Shown: one piece after another, positions 30,292 to 39,151 of the stretch
How positions within the stretch are numbered: position 1 is the first letter of the stretch
How the letters are laid out: each line of letters begins with the position of its first letter
Assembly (NCBI GenBank): GCA_036479435.1
Contig: JAZGFI010000052.1
Location: 1-53,874 of the forward strand
Direction: 5' to 3'
Source of the DNA: Planctomycetota bacterium
Lineage (GTDB): Bacteria; Planctomycetota; GCA-002687715; DRQF01
DNA length: 53,874 nt
The notes under the pieces: generated by a model
The model's input: the letters and a program-made list of their open reading frames with translations, nothing else
Database searches by the model: none
Told to the model about the DNA's origin: nothing
Made by a program: the position numbers and the translations under genes

Positions 30292-30975
30292 TTATTCTTG
30301 TTCTTCGTGTTCGACTTTCCAGTCGATGAGGGCGAGGCGGCGCTTGACGTCGTCTTCGGGAAGCTCGTAGGGCAAATCGAGGACGACGCTGAGCTTGCGT
30401 TGCTCCATGATGCTCTTGGCCTCGATCAATTCTTGGTCGAAGGCCGGGCCTTTCCACAACAGCAGCGGGCCGAAGTAGTTGTTGGTGGTCCATTCTAAAA
30501 GGCGGGGTAGGCGTCCGACAGCGCGGGCTAAGACCATGTTGATGGACTTGCGCTCGGGGCGAATCCAGTCCTCGAAGCGGCTCCAGACGCAGCGGACTTG
30601 TTGGCTCAGGCCCAAGTCGGCCACGAGCTCCTCCAAGAACTTCACCTTCTTTTGGCGACTATCGAGAAGCACCATTTCGAGTTCGGGCATCGCGATGGCG
30701 AGAGCCAAGCCCGGATAGCCAGGTCCGGTGCCCAAATCCAGAACGCGCTGGACGCCGACTTCATCGGTGCCGCTCAGGATGGGGAGGGCGCTTAAAGAAT
30801 CCAAGGCGTGCCGGATGGCCATGCCCTTGGGGTCGCTGATGCGAGTCAGGTTCATGACCTTGTTTTGCTCAGCGACGCGCCAAGCGTGGTGGGCCAGTAA
30901 GTCGGCCCGTTCGGGGACCCACTCTCCGACCTCGGCGAGGAAGATCTCTTTGAAAGACTGTTCAGAAATTTCCAT
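30292..30975 (-). CDS. rsmG: 16S rRNA (guanine(527)-N7)-methyltransferase
   Basis: NKVMNLTRI, RHALDSL, LDLGTGPGYPGLALAI, LDSRQKK..FL, ARAV, WKG. Confidence 0.92.
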   Translation of the reverse strand: MEISEQSFKEIFLAEVGEWVPERADLLAHHAWRVAEQNKVMNLTRISDPKGMAIRHALDSLSALPILSGTDEVGVQRVLDLGTGPGYPGLALAIAMPELEMVLLDSRQKKVKFLEELVADLGLSQQVRCVWSRFEDWIRPERKSINMVLARAVGRLPRLLEWTTNNYFGPLLLWKGPAFDQELIEAKSIMEQRKLSVVLDLPYELPEDDVKRRLALIDWKVEHEEQE

Positions 30976-30977
30976 GG

Positions 30978-31841
30978 CTAAAGCCCAATCGCTAAAACGG
31001 GGACGCGAGATCGCAGAATGGTGGCGTGGGCGTGTCCTAAGGACGCCGACCCACGACTCTTTTTGTAGGCGCAGATGATGAAGCGATCCTCGGCTTCGGC
31101 GAGGCGTGCGGCTTCAGCGGCGGGTTCCATGCCGACTTTTACTTCGAAGATCATTTCAAAATCCTCAGCCTGGCCTTTTCTTTGCAGGGCTGCGATCAGG
31201 CTTCCCGCCAGGCGCGTCTCGGCCCGATCGACCAAGGCCGAACGCATCTCAACTCCCTCTTCGTCGTCGCCCGCGAGATGGGCGATCGCTTCCAGTACTT
31301 CGGGATCTGGGACGGCGAGAACAAAAAGGTTGCCGCCGCGCGCAAAGTGCGCTCCCCAAGACCCCAGGAACGCTTGGCGCTCGGGATGCCAATCCGTCAA
31401 GACCAAGGGGCGCTTCAGGACTTCGGCGGGCGCTTCCATGGAATCTCGAACTACGAAAAGAGGAAGGGGTGAATTGAGCAAGAGCATGTCGATTGTGACA
31501 CTCAGGCTTTTGTCTTCCAGAGTATGAAGGTCGTCGCCAAAAGGAGCGGGCAAGACTATCAGACTCGCGGCTTCTTTCGCTGCCGCATCTAAGATGGGCT
31601 GGGCGGCCCCGTTGACCTCGCAAGTGCCAGCGGGTTTCTCTCTAGTCGAGATAGGGATGAGCAGTCGGTCGCCTAAAGCTGCCCCGAAGGCCATTGCCGC
31701 ACTATCTTGATCCGAGCCATCGAGAACGACCAATAACTTCGACAATACCGGTGGCGGTAAGTCCATCGCCTTGGCGTGCAAAGCCGCTTCGAAGAGACCC
31801 AGGCTTTCATTGATGTCGTCGTCTTCGCGTTGTTCCGTCAT
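30978..31841 (-). CDS. Universal stress protein (two USP-like domains)
   Basis: KLLVVLDGS, ILDAAAKEAASLIVL, SPLPLFVVR, SLGHAHATILRSRVPVLAI. Confidence 0.75.
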   Translation of the reverse strand: MTEQREDDDINESLGLFEAALHAKAMDLPPPVLSKLLVVLDGSDQDSAAMAFGAALGDRLLIPISTREKPAGTCEVNGAAQPILDAAAKEAASLIVLPAPFGDDLHTLEDKSLSVTIDMLLLNSPLPLFVVRDSMEAPAEVLKRPLVLTDWHPERQAFLGSWGAHFARGGNLFVLAVPDPEVLEAIAHLAGDDEEGVEMRSALVDRAETRLAGSLIAALQRKGQAEDFEMIFEVKVGMEPAAEAARLAEAEDRFIICAYKKSRGSASLGHAHATILRSRVPVLAIGL

Positions 31842-31844
31842 GAA

Positions 31845-33293
31845 TCAGCCTCTTGGAAAAAGGTCGAAGGCCTCGAACAAAAGGAGGTAGCCCACGGCGA
31901 CGACTCCTTGCACCAACAACACCAAGGTGCCAACTTTCAAAAACTCACCCCAGCCAACTTTGATACCGCGTTCTTTCTCGAGCGCGTGCAGCGCGATCAC
32001 GGCGGCGACGGAACCGACGGGAGTCGAGTTTCCGCCGAGGTTGGAGCAAATGATGAGCGTCCACCACAAAGGCGTGGTGTCGTAGCCCGCTTCACCCATG
32101 GCCGCGACGATGGGAATGAGGGTCGCTGCGACCGGGATGTTGTCGACGATTCCCGATAGTACGAGCACGAAGACGCCCAAGATCACCATGGTGATCACTT
32201 GGCTGCCCCCGGAGATCACCGTGATGCCTTCCGCCATCTTGGCCAGAAGGCCGGTTTCTTGAACCGCGCCGATGATCACAAACAGGCCGATGAAAAAGAC
32301 AATGAGCGGCCACTTGACGGTCTTGATGGCTTTTTCGGGATCAAAACCGGAAAGCAAAAGCGCGGCAGCGCCGCCAGCCATCGCGATGAAATCCAAGCCA
32401 AGTCCCATGGGCTGCGCCGTCGCGAATCCGATGATCGTCAAGATCAGAATGAACGCGGATCGAAAAAAGATCCGCCGGTCTTTCACCAAAGCCCATTCGT
32501 CGAAGGTCGCCACGAGCTCGGCGCGCGCCTTGCCGTCGTCTTTGACCTCAAGAGCTGCGCGATAAAGGTAACGCAAGATGTAGTAGGCAATGATCGCCGA
32601 GATGATGGCGATGGGCGTGGTGACGCGAAAAAAGTCGACGTAGGCGAGGTTGGCCTTGCTGCCGACCATCATCGTGCAGATGCCCGAGGCAAAAGTCACG
32701 AGCGCGCCCGAGTTCGCCGTAATCGCTACCAGCATGACGTAGGGTTTGGGATCGTATTTCAGCTCTTTGGTCACCGCCAAGGCGAGCGTGACCATGATCA
32801 AGGTGCCCGGCGCGATCGTCAAAAAGGTGCAGAACACGACGGTGAGGGCGCCGATGTACAGGAACAGTTTTTTGGGGCAGCCCTTTGTCCGCTTGACGAT
32901 TTTCACCGAGATGAAGTGAAACAGCCCACTGTGCCCTGCGATCTCAACGAGGATGGACGTGCCGAGCAAGACTCCGAGCACCCCCAAATCATGTCCAATG
33001 GTTAGGTGAACGCTTTCGTACCCATGGGGGTAAAGCCCCAAGGCCATCGCGGCGCCGACGGCGACGACGGCCCCGCCGATTGCGGCGAGGCTTTTGTGGA
33101 CGAGTTCAAAAGCGATGGCGATGTAGGTCGCCACCATGATGCCGCCGATCACAAACATCGGGAGCAAGGCCGTGGGCGGTTCATGGCTCGCGGCAGCTTC
33201 GGGCTCCAAGGCCCAAGAAGTCTCAGCTAGTCCGATCCACATCAGGGTGGTGGCGAAGAGCCCGAGTAGTAGTTTTCGCCCGGTGTGCGGCAT
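31845..33293 (-). CDS. ArsB/NhaD/SLC13-family ion transporter
   Basis: About 12 TM; SGLFHF, ANSGA, FFIGLFVIIGAVQETGLL, SGIVDNIP, NLGGNSTPVGS. Confidence 0.88.
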   Translation of the reverse strand: MPHTGRKLLLGLFATTLMWIGLAETSWALEPEAAASHEPPTALLPMFVIGGIMVATYIAIAFELVHKSLAAIGGAVVAVGAAMALGLYPHGYESVHLTIGHDLGVLGVLLGTSILVEIAGHSGLFHFISVKIVKRTKGCPKKLFLYIGALTVVFCTFLTIAPGTLIMVTLALAVTKELKYDPKPYVMLVAITANSGALVTFASGICTMMVGSKANLAYVDFFRVTTPIAIISAIIAYYILRYLYRAALEVKDDGKARAELVATFDEWALVKDRRIFFRSAFILILTIIGFATAQPMGLGLDFIAMAGGAAALLLSGFDPEKAIKTVKWPLIVFFIGLFVIIGAVQETGLLAKMAEGITVISGGSQVITMVILGVFVLVLSGIVDNIPVAATLIPIVAAMGEAGYDTTPLWWTLIICSNLGGNSTPVGSVAAVIALHALEKERGIKVGWGEFLKVGTLVLLVQGVVAVGYLLLFEAFDLFPRG

Positions 33294-33395
33294 CCTGGCT
33301 CCTTTTGACCGAGCCCAGGGTAACGCGGCTGCAAAGGGAGGAAAGAGGGCCGTGCTGAGATCGCTCTGATACGATGGAGCTTGTCGGAGGTCTTA

Positions 33396-34811
33396 ATGAA
33401 GCAGGCTTGGACAAGTCTTGGCATGGGCGTGGGCATGATGTTGTTGTGGGCCATCGGTGCGGGAGCGCTCTTGGGCCAACAGACGGCGTCCGCTCTTGAG
33501 ACACTCCTCGATCGCGAGCAGGCCTTGCCTCAGCGCCTTGTCGCCATGCGCGAGCTCATGGCAAAGGGGGCCTCGTCGCCTCCGGTGTCGTTTTGGGATG
33601 AACTGCGCAAAGACGGGACGCTTCATCCTGCGCTCAATGAAGACCTTTCCCCTTGGATGAAAGCTCACCCCCAAGACGCCGATCTTTGCCGCTTCACCGC
33701 TCTCGCTTGTTACGACCGATCACCCACGCTGAGGGCGGCCGCGGCCCTGGCGATTGGCCAGGGATCGAGTCCTTTTCTCAGGAGCCACCGCGATGAAGCG
33801 ATGTGGCGAGAGTCTCACCCGGAGGCGAGGAAAGCTTGGCTGCAGTCCATGACCACACGCCGGCCCACGGCCGCCAATGCTGCTGCCGCACTTTCGTGGC
33901 GAAAGAACACTCCCAGCGCTGAGATGAGAGGGCTTATCGACGAAGCTCTTTACGGTGCCGCTTGCACCCGCTTGTCATTGACCACGGTGGCGCGCGTGTG
34001 GCCGAGTCTTGACGACGCTGTCGAACGCGGGTTTTCTGCAGTTCGCGGCGCGGGCCCCATGCGTTCTATTGCGAAGACGAGTCTTCGAATCTCGGTACCC
34101 GTACACGGTCGCGCTCGACATCTTCTTTTGGGCTATCGTCTTAGCGGAAACGCCAAGGTTCAAGGTCGCATTCGTTTGGGCACCCTCGATTTTGGCATTC
34201 AGGAATTCACCCCCGGTCCAGGAGCCTTCGCCTCGCAAGAACATCTGCGGGTGCTGGCATTAGAAGTCCCACCGCAAAAACTGGCGATCCGAGAGTTGAC
34301 CGTCGAGCTTGCTCCCGACGAAGGATTCGTCTTGTCATCTTTGAAAATTCACGGGGTCGTCGTCTTGGAAGAGCAGCTCGCCGCCTACGGTCAGCGTCCT
34401 CAGCATTTCGCTCCTTCCAACCGCCGGGCGCTTTTGGGCCCAAGCAAAAACATGGGTGCTGCGCCCTTCGAAGTCCTCGACGAAGAAGGGGCACGTTTCG
34501 ACAGCACGGGCCGCATCTTGCCGGGCAAAGTAACCCGCATTCGCTTCAAACTGAAAACGGCTGGCTTTCAAGATACCCGCCGGCTTCACCTCAGTCACTG
34601 GAGCCGAGATCCGAAGGGGGCCACGGTCGACGTAAGCCTCAACGGGCGTCCCTTGGTGCGAATCCTAAGCCAGAACCTGCCGCGTCCGGCAAGGGTCGAC
34701 TTTTATCGCCGCGGTTCCTTGGTCCATGCGGTGGAGGGCTGGAACACCTTGGTCTTCACCCGCATCCAGGGCACTTCCTTTGTCTTGGATGGAATCCATC
34801 TCTATCCCTGA
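33396..34811 (+). CDS. Secreted hypothetical protein (HEAT-like N-terminal half, beta-rich C-terminal half)
   Basis: GGAGG RBS; signal-like N-terminus; DRSPTLRAAAALAIG and ESHPEARKA HEAT-like motifs; VDVSLNG...EGWNTLVF..LDGIHL beta-sandwich-like end. Confidence 0.55.
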   Translation: MKQAWTSLGMGVGMMLLWAIGAGALLGQQTASALETLLDREQALPQRLVAMRELMAKGASSPPVSFWDELRKDGTLHPALNEDLSPWMKAHPQDADLCRFTALACYDRSPTLRAAAALAIGQGSSPFLRSHRDEAMWRESHPEARKAWLQSMTTRRPTAANAAAALSWRKNTPSAEMRGLIDEALYGAACTRLSLTTVARVWPSLDDAVERGFSAVRGAGPMRSIAKTSLRISVPVHGRARHLLLGYRLSGNAKVQGRIRLGTLDFGIQEFTPGPGAFASQEHLRVLALEVPPQKLAIRELTVELAPDEGFVLSSLKIHGVVVLEEQLAAYGQRPQHFAPSNRRALLGPSKNMGAAPFEVLDEEGARFDSTGRILPGKVTRIRFKLKTAGFQDTRRLHLSHWSRDPKGATVDVSLNGRPLVRILSQNLPRPARVDFYRRGSLVHAVEGWNTLVFTRIQGTSFVLDGIHLYP

Positions 34812-34882
34812 TATCCTCAGCTTGGTCGTTTTTTTGGGCTCTGCCCCCGGTACTAGCTCCCCAACTGAGAGGCTTACTCCTC

Positions 34883-36115
34883 ATGCTCGCGCGACTTTCA
34901 ATTCTCTGCTTTTTGGCTTGCTGTACTCTCAGTTTGGGCCAAGAAGTGGCGACTCCGGCGAAGGCTCCCCAACAAGATGACAAAGTGCTCACGCGCGACC
35001 ATCGTCTTCGCATTGCGAGCTGGAACATGCTCAACCTCTTTGACAACTTCGACGAGCCCAACAAGCCAGACGAGGGCACGCCTCCGAAGTCCTTCGCCGA
35101 AATGCAGTTTTTGGCGAAAGCCATTGATGATCTCGATGCCGATATATTGGGAGTTCAAGAAGTTGAGAATCGCGCCGTCCTCGAGGCCCTCAACGCGCAC
35201 TTGAAGCGCCCTTTTGTTTACGTCGAGTTGATCGAGGGGAATGACCATCGCGGCATCGATGTCGGCTTGCTGTCGCGTCTGCCGGTAGTCCGGGCCGCGA
35301 GCCACCGCCAACTCGACTTGGAGACCAACCACCGCTTCGCCCGCGATTTCCCCCTGTTTCGCGTGCAGATCGCCAAGGGAGAATTCATCGAAGTCGGTGT
35401 CCTGCACTTGAAGTCAAAGCGCGGCAAGGCGAGCGAGTCCAATGCTTGGCGTCGCGCCGAAGCGGACGGCATCCGGCGCATTGTGGCCCGACAACGCAAG
35501 CTCGAACCGAAGGTCCCGGTGGTCATCATGGGAGACTTCAACGACACCCGCGAAGCCAAAACCCTTGAACCGATTTTCGCCACTTTCAACGACCCCACGA
35601 AAATCGTGCCGGCCGCTGAACGCTACAGTTTTTCCTTTCGAGGAAACCGCGAACAAATCGACTTCATCTTGGGGTTGGGCATGCCGCGCGCCGACAAAGC
35701 CTACTTCTTACAGCGCGCCGACAGCCCTTCCGACCACAGCCCCGTCATCGTCGACTTCGCTGTGACCTCAACTCTGAAGCGGCTCGAGAGTCCAGCCCTT
35801 GGTCCACCCAAAGCTCCGAAGCGTCCGCGCATCAAAGCCAAAGACCTGGCAAGCGCCAAGAAGCACTTCCTTCAAGAAGTCGAGATCGAAGGCATCGTGG
35901 TGAAAGTCCACCACTACAAAGGTGGCGCGGCGGCTTTGAACTTCGACCGCGATCACGCAAGTGCCGTCGTCGTCTATGTGCCCAAAGAAGCCGTGGCTCG
36001 CATCGGGAAGGTCGACGACCTCATCGGCAAGAACGTGAAGGTACGCGGACCCATCTCCAAACACCGCCGCACCTATCAGATCCGCTTGACGCGACCGTCT
36101 CAGCTCGATCGCTAG
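34883..36115 (+). CDS. Secreted endonuclease/exonuclease/phosphatase with C-terminal OB-fold-like domain
   Basis: RIASWNMLNLFD, LGVQEVEN, RGIDVGLLSR, HLKSK, MGDFND, IDFI, SDHSPV; C-terminal VEIEGIV..LNFD..GKNVKVRGPI..QIRLTRPSQL. Confidence 0.88.
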   Translation: MLARLSILCFLACCTLSLGQEVATPAKAPQQDDKVLTRDHRLRIASWNMLNLFDNFDEPNKPDEGTPPKSFAEMQFLAKAIDDLDADILGVQEVENRAVLEALNAHLKRPFVYVELIEGNDHRGIDVGLLSRLPVVRAASHRQLDLETNHRFARDFPLFRVQIAKGEFIEVGVLHLKSKRGKASESNAWRRAEADGIRRIVARQRKLEPKVPVVIMGDFNDTREAKTLEPIFATFNDPTKIVPAAERYSFSFRGNREQIDFILGLGMPRADKAYFLQRADSPSDHSPVIVDFAVTSTLKRLESPALGPPKAPKRPRIKAKDLASAKKHFLQEVEIEGIVVKVHHYKGGAAALNFDRDHASAVVVYVPKEAVARIGKVDDLIGKNVKVRGPISKHRRTYQIRLTRPSQLDR

Positions 36116-36139
36116 ACGAGGCCACCTTGTGCATTTGTC

Positions 36140-37300
36140 TTAGGGCTGGTGATTGGGTTTGCCTCGATGTTCTAACTCGACGCGCCGTCTACGCAGTTCC
36201 TCTTCGAGCTGTACGGCTTTTGGCAGTTTGGTGTGATATTCGCTGGCGAGCATGGTGTTCTCGATGCCCTGCATGGAGTACTCCGCCAGCTCTTTTCTCT
36301 TCGCGACGCAAAGGATGAGTCCGACCGGCGGGTTTTCATCGTCGTGAGTCCAATGTCGGCGCGCGTAGTTCAAATAGACGTTCATCTGTCCGACATCGGC
36401 GTGTGAAAATTCATCGAGTTTTAGGTCCACGATGACGAGGCATCGCAGTCGCCGGTGGTAGAGCAGAAGGTCGACTCGAAACCAAGTGTCGTCGATTCGA
36501 AGCCGCTTTTGTCGGCCGACGAAAGCGAAATCTCCACCAAGCTCGAGCAGGAAACTCTCGAGGTGCCGGATTAGAGCCTCCTCAAGATCGCTCTCGGAGT
36601 ATTCATCTTTGAGGTCTAAGAACTCGAGCAAGAGGGGATCTCTGATCTCCTCTTCGGGTGAGATGGCGTCTCCTTCTTTCGCCTTTTCACCTCTGATGAG
36701 GACCCTTGTCTTTTCTCTCGATAGTGCGGCGCGCTCAAAGAACTGGCTTCCGATTTGGCGTCTGAGTTGCCGGATGGTCCAGCCGCCTGCCAGGGCTTCG
36801 CGCTCGTAGAACTCTCGCGCCCCGCTGTTCTTGACTCGAATTAGCTCGACGTAGTGGGACCAGGGGAGGGGGAATGTTCGGCCAGCAAGAAAGCCACCAG
36901 AAGATTCGGCAGACACTGTCTGCCGAATCTCGTAAGTGCTTTCGGAAGAGCGACTTGATTCATGTCTGCTGACATGCGGCCAAGTCGCATAGAACCGCCG
37001 CATCAATCGCAAGTTTCTTATGGAGAAGCCACGACCATAGGCGGTGCCGAGATCTTCGGCCAAGTTCTCCAAGAGTGCCTGTCCATATTCCGCGCGCTCT
37101 TTGCCTCCTTGGACATACTAGACAATATGGCGGCCAATCTCCCAATAGGTGGTGGCAATGAAAGTGTTAATCGCTCTCGCGCTCGCCCGCCGTCCCGATT
37201 CGAGCGCCAAGGTAATGACGCTGAGGACATCCTCGTAACCGTCAGGTTTTGAAACGAGCTTCTTTGTCACTTCGCCTTCATTCTTCGTTTCGCTTCTCAT
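36140..37300 (-). pseudogene. YhcG/DUF1016 PDDEXK nuclease interrupted by an in-frame TAG
   Basis: Continuous frame YWEIGRHIV*YVQGGKERAEYG...GRGFS.RNL..MRRFY..LPWSHY..RDPLLLEFL..ELGGDFAFVGRQKR..DLLLYHR..DLKL..GQMNVY. TAG at 37118-37120 joins ORFs 37118..37300 and 36140..37072. Confidence 0.85.
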
Positions 37301-37466
37301 GAGCGGACTCTTGCTTCGGCATATCTACAGACGAAGGCTTGAGGTGGCGGTCCGGAAAATACCTGGATGAATAGTGAATTTCCTCAATCGCCACGGATGT
37401 TCAATTCATCGTCGGTCTTGCTGAGGTCGGTTGACGGCATCGCCTTGTACCCCGAAGCTGTTCATT

Positions 37467-38093
37467 GTGAACCCCTTTGTACCGCCTGACCAAGAACTAC
37501 TGCGCCGGCTCGCCCGCGGCGACGAGGCCGCCTTCGAGCAGCTCTACGCTCGGCACCGGGTCTTTGTCCTGAGCATTGCCCGGCGCTACACGCAGCAAGA
37601 AGAAGATGCGCTGGATGTGATGCAGGAGGTTTTCTCCTGGCTGATCCGCCGGGCGGGTTCCATCGATTTGCGGGCAAAGTTGACTACCTTGTTGTTCCCC
37701 GTCATTCGGCATCAGGCCATCGACCTTTTACGTCGGCGGCGGAGGCGGGCGGAGACGACGGCAGGGTCTTTTGACCAAGAGGGTGAAAGCGGATTCCTCG
37801 ATCAGTTTCCCGCGCCACCGCAAAGGCCCGAACCTGGGAGTTCCCGCGAGGCCTTAGCCGAGGTGCTGGCACGGCTTCCCAGTGCCCAGCGCGAAGTGCT
37901 GCTGCTGAGATTTGTCGATGGTCTTGAACTTGACGAGATCGCGGCGGCATTAGCTGTTCCCGCCGGGACGGTTAAGTCCCGCTTGCACTACGCGCTGGCG
38001 CAGCTGCGCGAAGACCCCTTCACCCGGCGTTACTTCGAAAAAAAAGAAAGTTCGAACCCGCAGGACAATCTCGACCCTGGAGAGTCGTTATGA
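37467..38093 (+). CDS. ECF RNA polymerase sigma factor
   Basis: DQELL..GDEAAFEQLYARH, DALDVMQEVF (region 2), LPSAQREVLLLRFVDGLELDEIAAALAVPAGTVKSRLHYA (region 4). Start uncertain (37431 or 37467). Confidence 0.92.
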   Translation: MNPFVPPDQELLRRLARGDEAAFEQLYARHRVFVLSIARRYTQQEEDALDVMQEVFSWLIRRAGSIDLRAKLTTLLFPVIRHQAIDLLRRRRRRAETTAGSFDQEGESGFLDQFPAPPQRPEPGSSREALAEVLARLPSAQREVLLLRFVDGLELDEIAAALAVPAGTVKSRLHYALAQLREDPFTRRYFEKKESSNPQDNLDPGESL

Positions 38094-38680
38094 ACGAAAA
38101 CTCTGAATCCCGAGCTCAGCCCCGCGACCCCCATGCCGGGTCGGAGAGCCTTCCAGAAGCGCTCCAGGCGGACCTGGCGGCCTTGTGGGCCGATCCTGCG
38201 ACGGATGGCGGGGGTGAGCAGGAGCGATTGCTTCGGCGTCAACTCAGGGCTGAGCTGGCGAAACGGTGCGGAGCGCGGCGGAGATTTGCTTGGGCCCGCG
38301 GCGGCCTCGTGGCTGCGAGCCTTTTGGCGGCGATCAGCGTCGGTCTTTACTTCATGCCGGGATCGAACTTGGCTCCGAATGCGAAGCCTGCCGCGGGTCC
38401 AGACCAGATCCTGGCCGATGCCTCCCTCAGCCCCGGGCAAAACGTTAGCTCGCCGCTGGATCGCGATGGGAACGGCCGAGTCGACATTCGAGACGCCTAC
38501 GTTCTCGCCCGGAGTTTGAGGTCCGCTGACCAAGGCGAAAATTTGAGCGTGGATTTGAGTGCTGACTTGAATAAGAATTCAAGTGCTGACTTGAATGGCG
38601 ACGGCAAAGTTGACCGCTTGGATGTTGAACTCATTGCCAAAGCGGCGGTGAAACTCGACGATGTGGAGCAAGGGAAATGA
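38090..38680 (+). CDS. Putative single-pass anti-sigma factor with extracytoplasmic dockerin-type double Ca-binding loop
   Basis: ATGA-coupled to the sigma gene; helical N-terminus, RRR, TM (GGLVAASLLAAISVGLYF), then DRDGNGRVDIRDAYVLAR and DLNGDGKVDRLDVELIAK. Confidence 0.75.
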   Translation: MNENSESRAQPRDPHAGSESLPEALQADLAALWADPATDGGGEQERLLRRQLRAELAKRCGARRRFAWARGGLVAASLLAAISVGLYFMPGSNLAPNAKPAAGPDQILADASLSPGQNVSSPLDRDGNGRVDIRDAYVLARSLRSADQGENLSVDLSADLNKNSSADLNGDGKVDRLDVELIAKAAVKLDDVEQGK

Positions 38681-39150
38681 TGGCGCGACTTCATTTCACA
38701 CTGGCTTTGATCGCCTTTTTCGCCGTCGCGCCTGAGCTTACGGTCGCTGATTCGATGGGGACGACGGCTGCGGTTTCCAGAGCCGCGGCTCGTCCCGAGT
38801 TCCGAAGCTACGGACTCTACCTCGATACCCATGACGCCGGACTAGGCGCCTGGCAAGTTGAAGTCGTCGATCTTGCCGCCAAGTCTCGGCTCGTCGGGAT
38901 CGAAGGTGGCGAACACCGCGCCTTTGCGCAACCTGCGTTCTATGATCCAAAGGCACTACAAGGCGCGCGCATCGTGCTCGCCGCCTTTGCACCCGATGAC
39001 GAACTGCCGCGTGGAAAAACGCGCGTCGCCACCCTTCACCTTCGCGTCGATGCCGACGCGCCTCCCGAATTCAAACTTCGTCTGATCGCCGCGGTCGACG
39101 CCCTTGGAAACGACATCGATGCCGAACTCGAAATCCGTCAGGAGTCCTAA
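38677..39150 (+). CDS. Secreted cohesin-like beta-sandwich protein
   Basis: Signal peptide; YGLYLD..GLGAWQVEV..RLVGIEGG..RIVLAAF..GKTRVATLHLRV..AVDALGNDI resembles the cohesin strand pattern (by eye); ATGA-coupled. Confidence 0.55.
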   Translation: MMARLHFTLALIAFFAVAPELTVADSMGTTAAVSRAAARPEFRSYGLYLDTHDAGLGAWQVEVVDLAAKSRLVGIEGGEHRAFAQPAFYDPKALQGARIVLAAFAPDDELPRGKTRVATLHLRVDADAPPEFKLRLIAAVDALGNDIDAELEIRQES

Positions 39151-39151
39151 G

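Noticed and set aside
38090..39150. Cellulosome
   Set aside because: No glycoside hydrolases, scaffoldin or multi-cohesin protein nearby; the dockerin is on an anti-sigma-like protein.
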